The notes under the pieces: model-generated
The model's input: only the letters and a program-made list of their open reading frames with translations
Database searches by the model: none
Told to the model about the DNA's origin: nothing
In this document: piece by piece, positions 13,701-27,578 of the stretch
Position numbering within the stretch: position 1 is the stretch's first letter
Layout: the number at the start of each line of letters is the position of its first letter
Assembly (NCBI RefSeq): GCF_009834535.1
Contig: NC_045697.1
Coordinates: 48,300,001 to 48,364,000 of the forward strand
Reading direction: 5' to 3'
Length of the DNA stretch: 64,000 nt
Origin: Camelus ferus
Lineage: Eukaryota
Translations under genes and position numbers: made by a program

Positions 13701-15050
13701 AAGACCCCAAAATTCAAAGAATTTTGAACCTAAGTTAAATAATACCCTTGCAATCTGAACTTATTGTTTGAAATTCGTGATAATGATTGGCAACATGTTG
13801 CTATCCAAGGGTCAGTGTGAAAATTGAAATCTCACTGCAAAAACCTGCTGGTGACACCAGCAAGTTCAGCTGCACACGTGTGCAGGGGAGGATGGCGATG
13901 AGCTGCATCTGCTCTGCTGTTTCCCCATCAGGTCTAATCCTTTCACTGACTGTGCTTCATCCCTTGTCTTTCCCACCTGAGAAAAATTACACGAACCCTA
14001 GAGGCCGAGAAAAGCTCCTGTGTTCAGGGAGTTGTCTGCCCTCAACATCCCAAAACATGAAGCCACAGAACATACACTTAGTCACGTATTTATCCCAGTG
14101 ATGCATTCTCTCTACACACAGGAGGGAAATAAGTTTGTTCTTAGAAAAGCAAATACCTGTGCTCGAGCAGCCTGACTACTTTTGGAAACATGGTATCCTT
14201 CACTCCTGTGACACCATCCACTCCCCTAGGTACGTGCCGCTTACATGTGGCAAAAGCTACCTCTTGCTTCTCTGGGATATTTATTTGGATTTGCCTTGGC
14301 CTTCAGAGTCCATACCCCCGCTAGGGTCCCTGTCTTCTTTCAGCTGAACAACTTTTGTATCACATCATCTGCTTGAGATCCATTTTCCTGTTTGCTTAAC
14401 ACATTCTCTATCCCAAAAGCCACCTCCATCCAGTACTGTATACTCAGGATATCCCTTAGGATCATCTAGTCCATTATGTCTGGTTTCTTTCCCCAAGAAA
14501 ACCTTCTCAAAACAGCCCCAGTGAGCCTCCAACTCACCTGAGGGTTCTCAAGGAACACAGAGCTCTGCTGCACGATCATGGGTTGCCATCTCCTGGCCAC
14601 AATACTGACCTCAGTCCCAGCATGTCTGCCCACAGGTCAGCCTTGGACTTGTCTGATTCCCTGACCTGCACTTCCACCAGGAATGGAGAAGAACTCAGGA
14701 GCACCCACGTCCTATAAGGCACAGATCAGAGGGAATTATCCAATAGCAATGTCCTAAGGAGTAGAATCCTCATCAAGTCAAGACTCCCCAAGACCTCTAC
14801 TCAAAGATGACTGGCTCATATACCTTAACCTGTTTTTTTTTGAGCCATCTATTCAAATAAGCCGGGTGAGGGGTGTCTACAGAAGAGCTAAGCAGACCCC
14901 AAGTGCAGACTTGCCTTCACATGGAATTCCAGGCTTAATTGTTGCTGCTGGTTGGGGTAAGGTTGGTCCCTGAGTGATGGCTCCTGAAAGGCAGACCTCC
15001 ATATGGAAGATTTCATATGAATACAGAGCAGACCCTCTGACTGGATGGGT
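10755..15050 (+). pseudogene. Endogenous bornavirus-like L (segment B)
   Basis: Ordered motifs: LLSPL (10766-10780); FLAA (11173-11184); LLRM..YNVIINEKQI (11641-11670) ~ ILRI..FNDIVSDKAI; EDWLS..GKQFLK ~ EDRLT..GRFFSK; TWTRGL..QLQA ~ SWCNGF.PELQA; LFQIG..PVP ~ LYEYG..PVP; FHGRSHPL ~ FRGMSDPL; PRG..L..GS; IHF (14378-14386). Confidence 0.65.
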
Positions 15051-16311
15051 ACATCAGTTCTCCTTCTCCACGTGTTCCCCAAGGACCCACTGACAAAGGC
15101 AAGGCAACACTTCTACCAAGAATCCAAGGACCTGTAGCCAAGGCTTTGTCATCAGCTTGGTTCACAATAAAATTATTGAGCAGTTTGAAATGTAGATGAA
15201 AAATGTGGAGTTACCACAAAAGTAATGCCAATGATACAATACTCTGTAAACTGTAACACCAACACTGGACAGATAGAAGCTCCACACGCCAGTGTTTCCT
15301 GTGTGTCTCATTTCTCCAGCCACAGGTCCATGCTGTGCAGGGCAGGCCAAGAATCCTGGAGCAAGTGCCCAAGCAACAACCCTCAGCCAGTGAGGGGCAG
15401 TAGTAGGCGGCCTTCCCTTTCAGAGTCTGCCTAGGTCATTCCTCAGAATCGTCTCACCAGAGGGTCCTTAGCAGAGCTGGCCCAAGCAGCCCCCAGTGGT
15501 CACTACCCACGAGTATATTTTAGTGACTTACCTGCCTTCCCTGTCTCGTCACTAATTCTCACTGTTTCCTGACATCACCTTCCCAGTAATTTACTTGCAC
15601 CCAAATCCTTGTCTCATGATTTCTTTTTAGGGAATCCAAACTAAGCAGGAGTTAATCTGAATTGACTTATTTAAAAGCTTTAAGCCAGATATGATGCAGG
15701 TAATTGGCATTTAGCTGTGGTTCAAGGGTGTAGGTCCATTTGAGATATCAGGGGATGTCTTCTTCCTACCCTTTTACGAAAAACATTTAGGCAGGCTACG
15801 TCTGCTTCTTGCCTCTCATATCAAAGTGATCTTTCAACTTCATTAAATAGAGAAAGGCTTTTGAACACTGAAGTTCAAGTATAGAAAGCTAAGGAGAGAG
15901 ACATGGTCAGGCCACAGGGACGACCTGAGTACTTGTCCTGAAGTCCTGTTAGTCTGTATCCAGACAGAAGTGGTAGGAAGCAACAAGTCCAGTGGCACCT
16001 CAAGCTGCACCCTGACATAATAGGTAGGCGGCTTATGTAAACTCCAGGGGAAGCTCATAGGTCAGAGAAAGGAAAGATCAGTGGAAAAACACTACCTTTC
16101 CCCAAAAGTAACCATCAGCTCACTGGTTCTCAGATCTGCCCCTTTCAGTCTCTATCTAGTGAGCACTCGGTTCCTTTAGGCTTTGCATCTATTGAGGTGT
16201 GAGTGTCCAGTGTATATCCCATGGGCAGTGTCAACGTAGTGGACCACGCTCAAGGACTCCTTTCATGAGCACCTGCCCTTTTCCAGGTGAACATTGCTTT
16301 CCATTCCTTTC

Positions 16312-16725
16312 TGTGGTACCCAGAATAACAGCTCCCAAGATGCCTACATCTTGCCTTGTGGAAGCTGTGACTACGTTAGGTTACACGTGAAGGGGTTAAG
16401 ATTGCTGATACAGTTAAGGTTGCTAGTCATCTGACCATAGAATAGAGAGATTATCCTAGATGTTCCCGGTCAGAATGTGTCATTAGAAATCCAAACATGA
16501 AAGAGGGAGGCAGAAGAGTCAATGTCAGAGCGAGGAGATGTAAGAAAGGCTCGACTAGCTATCACTGGTTTTAAAGATGGAAAGGGGCCATGAGCCAAGG
16601 AGGTCAGGAGGCCATCATAGCTGGAGAAATCAAGAAAAACAGATTCAATCTCCCATCGAGATGCTCCAGAAAACAATGCAGCCCTGCCTTCACCTCTATT
16701 TTAGTAAAGTGAGACTCATTTCAGG
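16312..16725 (+). mobile_element. MLT1 solo LTR (paralog of 9263-9670)
   Basis: Same position in the duplicated unit with the same flanks. Confidence 0.85.
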
Positions 16726-17729
16726 TTTTCTAAAGGGTAACACACAAAATAGTGCCTGTGATATGATTCTGCTTCGCGGAAAGCAGATGCATAGGATCTC
16801 TGCAAAGAAAAGACAGTTTCTTCCACGGAGAAGCATCAGGTCGCTTAGGGAAAAAAGACTAAGTTTCACTGAGTAATCGTTCATGATGAATATAAAATTC
16901 AAAAAGATTCATGATGGCACAGAGCAAGAATTGAGAGATCAAAGCAATGTTGTTTAGAATAAAGTATGTTATAAACTGAGGTCCAATATCCCTAATACTG
17001 AAAAATCTTATGAACAAAATACTAAAAAAGGTAAGAAGTCAAAGACCTGGCATGGGTTACTTAATAAGCACCCACTAAGCATTTAAATACTCAATTTATG
17101 AGTAAGCAGTAATATGCTCTCATTTCTAATTAAAGTGTGCCAAGGATTGGCGAACACTTCTCAGCTCTGGCTAGGTTGCAGGAAGATATACACGTCTTTG
17201 CTATTTCAATTATATGGAAAGTTACGAAGAAGCATTAGAAAGTGTACCTACCATTTTACCATTACACTCCAATTCCTTCAAATAGTCTCCCAGATACCAG
17301 AGAGATCAGATACAGTCTCTCAGAGACCAACACAAGGACATCCAAAGGTTGCACAATCATGTGACAGTCACTGTGCAATTATAGTGGTAAAGTGAAGTCC
17401 AACTCCAGAGAACTAGTCCAGCAAAGAGGACCTAGTAACATTAAGGAGTCAGAGGGGTTTCCCTCAGGAAGAGAATCCAGTATTGGCCGATTAACTGATG
17501 GTTCAGTCAGGTTTACGTCTCATTCAATCAAGGACTGCAGGCGAATCTCTCACCTTATAGAAATGTCCATCATCAAGTGGTTGGGGATATTTTTTTTGTT
17601 TTGTTTTGTTTTTTTTGCAGAGACTAGATCCCCTCCATTATGCCTTCTCCTGGTGTATAACACCATCATTCACCAAGATTTCCTGCTCAGAAACCCAGGA
17701 GTTCCATCAATGGCTTTTCCCACACCTGC

Positions 17730-17970
17730 CACATCTACCCTCAAATTCTGTTGACTGTCAACCAAACTTAGACATTCCTGTAATTAGTGTAGCCTCCATT
17801 TCCTATCCTGTCACCCTGATCCAAGCCACTCCTTATTCCTGCCAGCACTGAGTAGTCAGTTTCCCTGGCCCACAACCCCAACTATTTTCAATTGCTACAA
17901 AATGAAGAATAGTTTAGAGGAAGTCTGATTATGTCACATACCTTCACGTCACCCCACCACACTTAAAGTC
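17730..17970 (+). mobile_element. L2-like LINE fragment
   Basis: Text resembling the L2 3' region ('tcctgtcaccctgatccaagccactcc...gtctgattatgtcac'); recalled, not aligned. Confidence 0.45.
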
Positions 17971-19519
17971 CTTGGTGTCCAAGTTTGTTAGCAAGACCAA
18001 TATCTTACATGTAACAGGGAAGCTGTTAAAGAATTTTATCTAGTGTTCAACTTCCTATTAGTTCAGCAAGTTAATATCTGTTTCAAACCTGGAGCTACAT
18101 GTTAAAAAGTTGACTATCTTAAGAGATCTGGTCTGTCTCATGTTGTCAACTGAACTTATCAATGAACATATGGTCACAAATTATGACAGCTAGTAAGTGG
18201 GTATACATACAGAGATAAAGCAAGGAATGAAGTCAAGCCACTTAAGCTGGAGGAGCAACATTTCAGCTGAAATCTTGATGGTAAGTAGCCTCAACCTTCA
18301 GACAAATAGGATGAAGATATAGATCAAAGTTGTCTACAAATATCCAGGGTAGGGGAGGTAAAGAGGTAACTGGACCACAGCTGTTTCCAGTCTGTGGATT
18401 AGTATGCAAACATCCTACCAGAGACTCAGATTAGTTGATATGGATTGTACTAGAACCAACTACCTAAAATCTTAGCACCAAGTTATACCTTATAGAAGCC
18501 TAAGAGCATTTATCTTAAATAGGAAAAAGCAAAATTAATCTATGCCCTTCATCCAGTAAGGAGATTCCCTCACAGATGGTCCCTGGGGACCAGGAACACC
18601 TATGGCTCAGATGATCCTAAGCCTCCTGGGGCAGAGAAAATCGGGGAATGGTCGAGGACTGCAAGTAGTAGCCCCTTCTGTGCCTCTGAGACAACTCCTC
18701 TGCAACCACGCCAACCTGATCTGGTGCTACAGGCTCTTTTAATCAGAAGGGGTAAAAGACTGCCCAGCTGGGATGAGCTCTACCCCAGCAAGGTCTTCAG
18801 CAGTACAACACAAGTTGAGGGTAGTATAAGGATCTCGGCTTCTAGAACTGTCACGTGGTAGGCACACAAACGTATAAACTTCCTGTCTGTCTGTAGCTCA
18901 CACCTGACAGGTGTGGGCAGAGGACGAGGGTTATGGGGCAGGTCCACCTGAGCTCAGCTCATCGTGAGCTCTGAACTCTAGATCAGATCTATTTCTCATC
19001 TCTTCACCATGAGGCTGAGAATCAGGTTCCTTCTGTTCAGAATCCAGCAATTAACCACTAGTTAACATACCTCTCTTCTACTTCAAATCCATGTAATTCC
19101 CAAGAACTCTAGATCTGGAATAAAAGGGTAAGGTTTCCCTGAATATATTCTACATAGACCCCCCCCCATGTTGGGACCTGTACTTCATGGCTAGTATGTC
19201 CAGCATCCTCCTCTGCAGGCTGGCTTTTGTCATTCTTCCCCTCATAGAGACATTTACAGTCAAGAAACTGCCCTTCCAGGTCCTTCCTACCTCAGTGAAC
19301 ACTAAGGGGCCCTCACATCTGGAAATGCTGCCGGCATTCTGTCTCTTCTCCCTGTTTGTATGCTGGCTGCCTACATAGCTGAATCAGCCCCTGCTGTCAC
19401 CTCTCAAACATGTTCCCAGGATAAGCTGCTATTTTTCTTCAGCCAAGTGACATAAGTAACAATTGTCAACACCCAGCCAGTCAACGCTACCCCTTCAGGG
19501 CCAAAAAGCCTCTAAGCCA

Positions 19520-19727
19520 AAGGGATTGAAAAGTACAAGCCTCCAGTTGTTAATCAGACCACAGGGATATGACAGACAGCTTAAGGAACATGGTCGATAT
19601 TAAATTAATTCTGAATGGGAACAGGCGGTTTCTAGACTTATTGTGATCATTTCACAATGTCTGCAAAAGTCAAATCACTATGTAATACACCTGTAGCTAG
19701 TATTTTACAGCAAGTATCTCAATTTTC
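19520..19727 (+). mobile_element. 5'-truncated L1 3'-end insertion
   Basis: L1 3'UTR-like text; perfect 16-bp TSD aaaagcctctaagcca at 19504-19519 and 19728-19743; absent from unit B (~10900). Confidence 0.8.
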
Positions 19728-20719
19728 AAAAGCCTCTAAGCCACTTAACAAGCGCCTTTGGAGTTCGTTGTGCCTTGTAGAACATTAACCAAGTTCCCGA
19801 AGAGCTGGAAAATTTTCAGAAGGAAAGGGTCATTCATGATCGGATCCTCAGCAAGCCTACAGGGCAGTTCCCTTGTCGGTAGACAGGAACTGGGTCCCAG
19901 GCCACAAGATTCTAAATGAACATTAGAATTCCAACCAGCAAGTGAAAGTAGCTGGAACTTGAATACAAGTCTAATGAAATCCAAGAGCTTCTGAATTTCA
20001 TCCAGTTCTTTATTGTGGCTGCTAGACAATTTTAAATAGAGAACATGAGCCATGTGTGTTATTTGCCAGCACTGCCCTCATGCCTAATAGGAGGTAGCTC
20101 CCATGCTGAGAGAAGGAAAAATCACAAATCACAAATATCAGGAGGGCTGTCTATTGCGGTACAGGAAGGTGAACATCTCAGGCTGTTGATGCCCTGGCAA
20201 GGCCCTGGCATGCCTGCTACCTTTGACATCCTGGTCTGTTTTCTGGAAGGTTCTATTATACCAACTTCCTACCTCCCAACCCATTTTCAGAAGGCAGTGC
20301 CAAGACTTCTTTGCTGACTCAGGCCACCATTCTATTTTGGTCCAAGTAGACTTTACCTTCTTCATAGACTAGGAGTGAGGTAATTGAAAATAAAAAGACC
20401 ATAGTCAAAAATACGTGGGCTGGTATTCCAGCAGTCTCATTCTGAGCAAGTTGTGGGTCTTAATGTTGTCACCTGACCTCCCACAGTAGGTAGAAGCCTA
20501 AGAACATAGAACTGGTTTGTTAAAGATGCTAAATGGGTCAAACAAATCACGTCTGAAGACTACACCTGGCCTACTAACACGTGACCCCTACGATTTAAAG
20601 TTTCACACAAAACCCCACAATTCCAGCTTTTGGTTAGAGCTATTATGGGCCAACAGGATGGCTGTCATTCCCACATGGCAAGGACCCCCCGTGCTGGGTA
20701 GCAGCAGCCGACCTTCAAA

Positions 20720-21110
20720 TGCAGTCCTTTTCTATTGCTGTTTACCAAACAAGCCCAAACTTAGCAGCATAGAAACTGAGGTAATACTTGTTGGCTGTCA
20801 AAAGGGTTAGGACGGGAGGCCAGCTTAGCCACATGGCTTTGAGGGCTTCTCGTGAGGTCACCATCAAGGTAGTCAGGGATGCATTTTCACTTGATGTCTC
20901 AACAGGTGAGGAGGGATCTGCTTTCAAGTTCGCTCATGTGGATGCTGGCAACCTCAAGATGCCTGCTTCCAAACTTGCATGGTTGGTAGTAAGCTTTAGT
21001 TCCTCACAGCTCAAGAGAAGATTTTGAAAAAGAGCAGGGGATGACTCCGGGGCTTGGCTCCCAGGAGCGAGGATCATTTGGGCCATCTCACCGGCTGTCT
21101 GTGCCACGTA
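20720..21110 (-). mobile_element. MLT1-type LTR
   Basis: 'tattgctgtttaccaaacaagcccaaacttagcagc...ggatctgctttcaagttcgctcatgtggatgctggca' resembles the reverse of MLT1 LTRs. Confidence 0.65.
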
Positions 21111-24100
21111 GGCAATGCTTTCTCACTCGCCAGGTCCCATCACTTGTCTTGCACATTGTCTCTTGGCTTATTTACTCAGTGCCATACCTTAGAGACCCAA
21201 GTTTGGACATCGTTGAATGGTGTCAAAGTATTCATCTGTGAGGAGGGACAAAGCCTCAAGGAGGTGATGCTTGGGATAGAGGGGTTTTACACGATTCAGG
21301 ATGTGCGGTCTAGAAGCTGGTTTTCCTACATTATATGAACACGGAGCTTCCCAGAACCCCATGGCCTACTACAACATTAAACTCAGGAGCCGATTTCACT
21401 GTCTGGGAGGTTGCTACTATTGAAAAATCAGACTTCATTTGGGAGAGTCTTTCCCTTAGGAGACGCCCAGCCCACACCGCCCCTGGCCGGCCTCCATGCT
21501 TCCCCGAGCCCCGGTTCCAGGCAGCAGGAGCAATAGCAGCTCTTGTAGGCTCTTCCCTGCTGAAGGCTCAGGCTCACACATGATGACTTGTAACAAGGTA
21601 AGCACAGGTTAAAATCCCACCCCACGGCAGGCAGAGCCACTTTGAGTCCTCTCCGCCCTGTGCCTGAGAGAGTGCTGCACAGAACTGCTCGTGCCTGGAC
21701 AGCGTCCCACCAAACTGAGGAGCCTCAGACCAGGGGCCAGGAAAAGCTCAGCTCCAGGATCGGGGGGAAATCCTGGTTTGGCTGTACTTCCTTAGAGAGG
21801 CTTTTCATCCAGGTGGAAAAATATACAGAGTGTAAATTTGAGTGGCCAAAGGCATACAGTCCTAGAGTCTGGACCTATCTTTGGCCAAAGACAGAGGGAA
21901 AAAAACATCTTCCATGTAGTCCAAAACCACCTGCCAATAAGAATAGCATGTCGATCTTAGCTTGTACAAGCTGCAGAAGTGACATTTGAGAGGAATACAG
22001 ACCATTCCGGGTGCGTGTGTGCTCTAAAATGGTCCCAAAAATTGGAACCCTACGGATTCGTTTCTCCTGCCATAGTTTCTTGATTCCCTAACATTAAGTA
22101 GGTCACAAGAATGGAAATTTACAACATCCTGCTCTTCTGTGAGTCTCCATATTCCAACTTGGATTAGAACTAACACTAGTTCCCCTGTGGCTTCTTTCTC
22201 ACTCACCAGCATCCAGTAACTAATGCTCAGATTCCATCGCGGGGGCTCTGTAGGCAGGGCAGTGGCCCTCGGGAGGAAGGCTGTGCTGAGCACATGCATG
22301 TGTCGAGCAGGACCGAGACTAAGGAGAACAGGCGTGTTCACCAAGTCACCGGACATGGAGGGCTTGGAAATGCACCGCCAGATCCCACTTCAAGGAAGGG
22401 CTTTTTGTTCCCACTGCTGAGAGCGCTGCCAGCAGCCTCCAGCTGTGACCTCCTTCAGGATTTGCTTCAGCTGCAAGGACATGCTCTTCCCCTGACAGCC
22501 CCCACCCCATTACTGACTGTAGAGTCATGCAAAAGCCAGCCATTTCAGGTCACCATGGGGCAACTCTGACAGGTCACTTACATGCCAGTGCCCCTGTGGG
22601 CCCAATGCCACGGAGGACCCAACACAGAGCCACCATGAGGAGAGAGAGTGGAGTTTCTAGATAACCACATTCCTACCACTAGAACACTCAGAAACTGACA
22701 TTCTAAACCTCTGTATCTTCCGTAAGACCTGAAAAAATGTAGATCCACTTTCTGCTCATATAAATGGTGCTATAAAATACACTAGACAAGTTAGAACTGG
22801 GGTTTACACCTAGTCCAACACCCAAGCTGAATTACCTTAAGATGGTTACCCATAACTTCCAGATTTAGTAACATTTAGACCATAATTCCCAAGCAGTAAA
22901 AAAAAAAAAATCATAGGATTCTGTAAGAACTTCTCTAACTTATATAGAGCACTTAAACTAGCATTCTTAAGTTTCCACCTTCTCAAGAAGAGCTAAAGAT
23001 TTTCTTTTGAATCAAAGGTCAATGGAGATAGTCCTTATAATATGTACTCACTATTTGCGGTCTGTTTTAATGATTGGCAGTACATTTTACCCAAGAGTCA
23101 CTATGCAAACTAAAAATGCACTAGAAGGAGCCTGTGGGAGACACCAGTAAGTTCAGCTGCACACAGTTGCAGAGGTGGATGGCGCTGAGCTGTTGTCTCT
23201 GTTTCCCCACAAGGTTGACTCTCATGTTCGCATTGCTTAATTTGCTGTGCTTTATCCAAAATGCTCCCCATGTGAGGAAATTGGAGGAGCCCTAGAAGTC
23301 AAGAAAAACTCCCATGTTTGAAGAGTTGTATGCAACAAACATGCTGAAAAGTAGACCATGAAAGACATGTAGCCACATATTAATTCCTTCTGGTGTCACA
23401 TTTTTTTCTGCATTTAAGAGGAAACCGTCCAAGTGTCAGTTTTTGGAAGAATCAGGCTGCTCAAGCACATACTTTGGAAAATGTGATATCCTCCACTACC
23501 ATGAACTCCATCCACTCATCACAGGTGCCCCACTGCTGCATGGTAAGTGCTAGCTCCTGCTTCTCTCGAGTGCCCTGCTTTGGCCTTCAGAGTCTATTCC
23601 CTCAGAGAGGTATTCGTCCTGCTAAAGACCTTCAGCTTTGCATTATCTGCTTGAGATCCATTTTCCTTTTAGCTTAATCCATTCTTTTCCTCCAAAACTG
23701 CCCCCATCCAGGGTTGTATAGACAGAATACCCTTTAGCATTTTCATGGTCTATCAATGCTGGATCTTTCTCCCAAGCCCTCTGTGAAGCTGCCCGGCTGA
23801 ACTAACCCAAAACATCTCAGGGACCAGAGCTCCGCTGTGTGATCAAGTGCTGCCATCTCCTGGCCAATCCAGAGAACTGAATCCCAGTAAGTTTATGCCA
23901 CACGACCCTTGGGCTTTATCGGACTCCCCTGCCTGCACTGACCACCAGGATGTGAAAGGAACTCAGGACCACCCTCGTCTCATAAAGCATAAAACATCTT
24001 ACAGTAAATTAATAGCAACATCCTATGAACTCAGAAACCTCATTGTTTCTTAATTCCTAAAACCTTTTCTGAGAAAAATCAGCACAAGTTTTAACATGCT

Positions 24101-24349
24101 TTTTTAATTCTCTGGTCAAATGAGGCAGGTGACGGCATCTACAGAAGTGCTGTCCAGCTTTTAGGTGCAGGCTTGCTTTCATATGGAGTATAAGCTCAAT
24201 TCTTTGTCAGCTGGGGTAAAGATGGTTCCTGAGTGACTGCACATGGAAAGTAGACATTCTGATACAAGACTTGTTATAAATACAGAGCATCTTATTGATC
24301 TGAATGGGTAGATGAACTCTGCTCCCTCCAGACATGCCTCACAGACCTC

Positions 24350-26150
24350 CTACTTAGGGGAGGGTAGTTGACAGTCCCAGCTGCCATGCTACACGTCAAC
24401 GTAAGTGGAAATAAGTGGCCCAAGGTGAGTCTATACTGAGCCCCAGGCAGCGGCCCATGCCTGGCCATCTAGTCCAGGTCCAGATGAAAAGGGACTGAGG
24501 AATCAAAGGAGGAGGTCTAGGAAGAGGCATATGGACGTGTAAGATATGCAGATTTTTCAAGTCACATGTTAACACCCACAGGCCCTGAGCACAGGCTTGG
24601 CACTGAGCAACTGAACAAAGTAGCTCTGCCAGTTAGCAGCCGGCCTTCATCAGCCCATGGGCAAGTAAACGCAGTGGCCGTGGCTGCAGGGATGGAGGCT
24701 GCATACATGTCCAACTACACTGAATGCCAGTTTTGAAAGAATCTAGCCACTGCTGCCTCTGAATGGCCAACCTTCAGAGATGACTGTTGAATCCCATATG
24801 TGGCACTGTTTGTTAAGGAGACCAACTTGCTACTTGCTACCAAGTTGACCATTTTGACCACATTAAGCCCCTTCCATTCTAGAAAAGCCAGAAATTCAAC
24901 CTCGTAGGAATAGATACCTAATGTTATTATGGGTTTGTCTTTCCCGCTTGCAGAGCCTCAAACATTATCACTCTGGTGACTTCTGCCATATTCCATCTAT
25001 AGGCCTGGGAACCATGGAACAAAGCACTTGGCCAGTGGACTCACATCACAGAAAGGAGGTGTGGAATGGGCCCTCTGATCCTGGGGTCCCACTCTTCACA
25101 TCACATCTCATACAGCCTTTCAGAAGCATCTAGCTTCTCAGAAAGCTGGAATAACATTCAGAAAGCATGGCAGAAGCACTAAATCAATTAGGCTATGAAG
25201 TTTAGGTTGTCTTCTTTCAGGACATAGCCTTTACACTGAAAAGATATCAGTATACTCTACCCCTAATAGGAGGACTCCTTGGGTCCAAGAATCAGGAGGT
25301 GGAGGCTAGAATTGTCCCATTCTCGATCACTCCAGTTGGCCTACTGAATCACATTTAGTCATAGTTGCAGGGAAAACTGATTCTGATCAGCAGGTGATCA
25401 GGCTACTTTTACATGAAGGGAGCAGGTAAGCACGAGTGTGGAACATAGGTCATCCACTTGGCCATATCCTTACACTTCTTTCCTTGCCCCATCATACTTG
25501 ATACATTCACAGCAGCCCAGGCTTGAAAGGGTATGAATAGTAAAGATTCAGACCTTTTAGGATGATGGTTCTGGTCACACCAGATAAGCCACCAACCTTC
25601 AGATAAGGTGAAACCAAGAGTGAAGAGAACTTACAGTGCAGAGGGGAGGAGGGAGAAGATGGGCATCAGCTGTGACCCAAGATCAGCTCCAGCAACGGGA
25701 GCTTTATTTCCTCCCAGGCACATCCTCTGAAACAGAGGCCTGTGGGAACCATGATGTTGCTGCTCTGTGGACCGGGGTAGAGAAGCAGGATCTGTGAGCA
25801 CAAGGGGCAGACTGCAGTGGCCATCAGAATGCCACACCTCCCATGGGCTGTTTCCAACCAGCAGCCGAGTGCAGCAGGGACACTGGAGAAGGCCCGTCCC
25901 TGGGAGACTTAAGGCTCCTCGGAGGAGTGATTTCTCAGCTGTTACTTGTTCTTGACCTTGCCAAGGCACTTAGTATCGAGCCATTGTCTAAGCCACTTCC
26001 TACCCAACATTTCTTCCTTCTTTCCTTCAGTGTCGAGCTTACATTTTTCTAGTGGCTCTCCTAGAATCCTCCAGCTCCTTCTCAGTTTCCTTTTTTTCCG
26101 AAAAATTTTCTTATCGAATCTCACTTTGACACATGCATTTTATACGATGA
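24350..26150 (+). mobile_element. ERVL-MaLR internal + LTR (paralog of ~380-2170)
   Basis: Collinear with the window start (e.g. gacccaagatcagctc at ~1691 and ~25674). Confidence 0.65.
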
Positions 26151-26379
26151 AAACACTATAGAATTTCAGGGTCCCAAGGAAAGACTAAAGCAGTACAATA
26201 CACTCAGCTGTGAAAATAAGCTTGTACGTGCCTACAGTTGTTACCAGGCTATTCCATTCAGAGTGAAGGTGACCATTCATCTAAGGCAGAAGAGGGGAGG
26301 GGGCACAGCTCCTAAGTTACCTTAACACTATGGATATTGACTTTACTCCATACTGATGTCACATCTGAGGTGTGTGGCT

Positions 26380-27051
26380 CCTCCTTTTCAAAAGTTAGTG
26401 CAATATTAGGATTGGAAGACGTAGAGACTATTGGCCATGTTACCACCTCATATTTGCTCATGACCAATTATTTTGGATTCTTTGGTTCCAGTCTACTCAT
26501 TCTACCATATGCCATTTCTCTCTGCCATTGACCCAGATCAACTTGTGACTTTCCTGGGTGTAATTATCTACTTGTGGCCCCCAATGGGATCCTCATTCTG
26601 CCTCAAGAAGCTAATCAATAAGTATCAAAAAAGTGGCTAGAGGAACTCAGACTGACCAGAGAGGCCAGGATTCAGATCTGTTCCCTTTAGCTGGAGGCTC
26701 ACTGGGTCCAGGCTACAGGACCCTGGGCTACTCTGTGCCCTCAATGCTAGCACAAGGGCTGGTGTTACTAACGATGACATCACTCAGCTAATCCTCCATT
26801 TCTGGCTGTGTTTCCACTTCATTTTAAACTTCTTTCTTCCTTGCAAACTTTAATCATTTTTGGATAGAAATCCCAGAAGTGGTGGTCACTTCCTAACTTT
26901 TCTTGACTTGTGTTACTCATGACAAACTCTTTGAGAGCACCATCTTGCCTTTAGAAAAGTGGCGTATATGCTGGTCAAGTCAGTTACAAGCAGGACCTCC
27001 ATTTGGATAAGGGATCATTTCCATTTTATATTGACCTTGGCAGAGCCTTTC
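26380..27051 (+). pseudogene. Bornavirus-like L N-terminal fragment (A+' duplicate), cut by ERV
   Basis: Paralog of 2640-3260; AQGLVL at 26750-26767. Confidence 0.45.
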
Positions 27052-27552
27052 TGTTAGGCAGTTAGAAATGAGCACTGGGCAGGGGGACAGGAAGTGGAAA
27101 GGAACAACTCAGAAAATAACAGTATGTCTGCATTCAGGATAAGGGACTCCAGAAACTCACTTTCTCTAAATGAGGGCCAGCAAAAGCAGCCAGCTAAAAT
27201 CAAAACGCTGCAGCTGCACATAAGAGAAGGACCTGGCATAACTTGATCCAGTGAACCTGCCCAAAAGGGGATGAGTGTGCCAGAGCACGAGGAACCTGAG
27301 CTGTCAGTCAGCCCGATCAAAGAGACTGAGCCATTAATCAATCGCAAAAACGCCCCTAAGCCAGGATAGAAGACAGAAAAACAAAGGAGCAGCGCCATTT
27401 TTCCTCTTGGATTGGCCCGCTCCCAGGTCTCAGGAGTGGACTATGTTTTACCACCTTTTTACTTTACTAATAAAAATCTTGCTTATATCATGCTTTCTGT
27501 CTCTCATTAAAAATTCTGAACCTAGATAATTATTTCCCTTTTCCCCATAACA
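27052..27552 (+). mobile_element. ERV 5' LTR
   Basis: TG(ttagg)...(ataa)CA; AATAAA at 27469-27474; followed by a PBS. Confidence 0.85.
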
Positions 27553-27560
27553 TTAAATTT

Positions 27561-27578
27561 TGGTGCCATGACTTGGAT
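27561..27578 (+). promoter_or_regulatory. Primer binding site, tRNA-His
   Basis: tggtgccatgacttggat equals the tRNA-His PBS TGGTGCCGTGACTCGGAT with two CpG-type transitions. Confidence 0.85.

Larger units (their letters stand above)
8050..15100. repeat. Segmental duplication unit B (paralog 15290-24340)
   Basis: Collinear matches, e.g. 8101~15315, 9890~16930, 10555~17650, 11340~20195, 13860~23145, 14900~24165. Confidence 0.9.
19385..24300 (+). pseudogene. Endogenous bornavirus-like L (segment B', duplicate)
   Basis: PLLSPL; LDNFK*R ~ ADTAKSR; PWQGPGM ~ PYSQGLVM; RSWF (21312-21323) ~ KSWY; WPTTTLNSGAD ~ WPPVHLLPGCD; TEGKKHL ~ GEGMRQKL; EVTF (21976-21987); IHF (23656-23664); GFIGLPCL (23912-23935) ~ GILIGKPFL. 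Confidence 0.65.
15290..24340. repeat. Segmental duplication unit B'
   Basis: Diverged direct copy of 8050-15100 with extra sequence at ~17730-19250, 19520-19727 and ~20400-21300. Confidence 0.9.

Noticed and set aside
17980..19250. Extra sequence in B' that might be further viral DNA
   Set aside because: No convincing motif found by eye; left unassigned pending tblastn.
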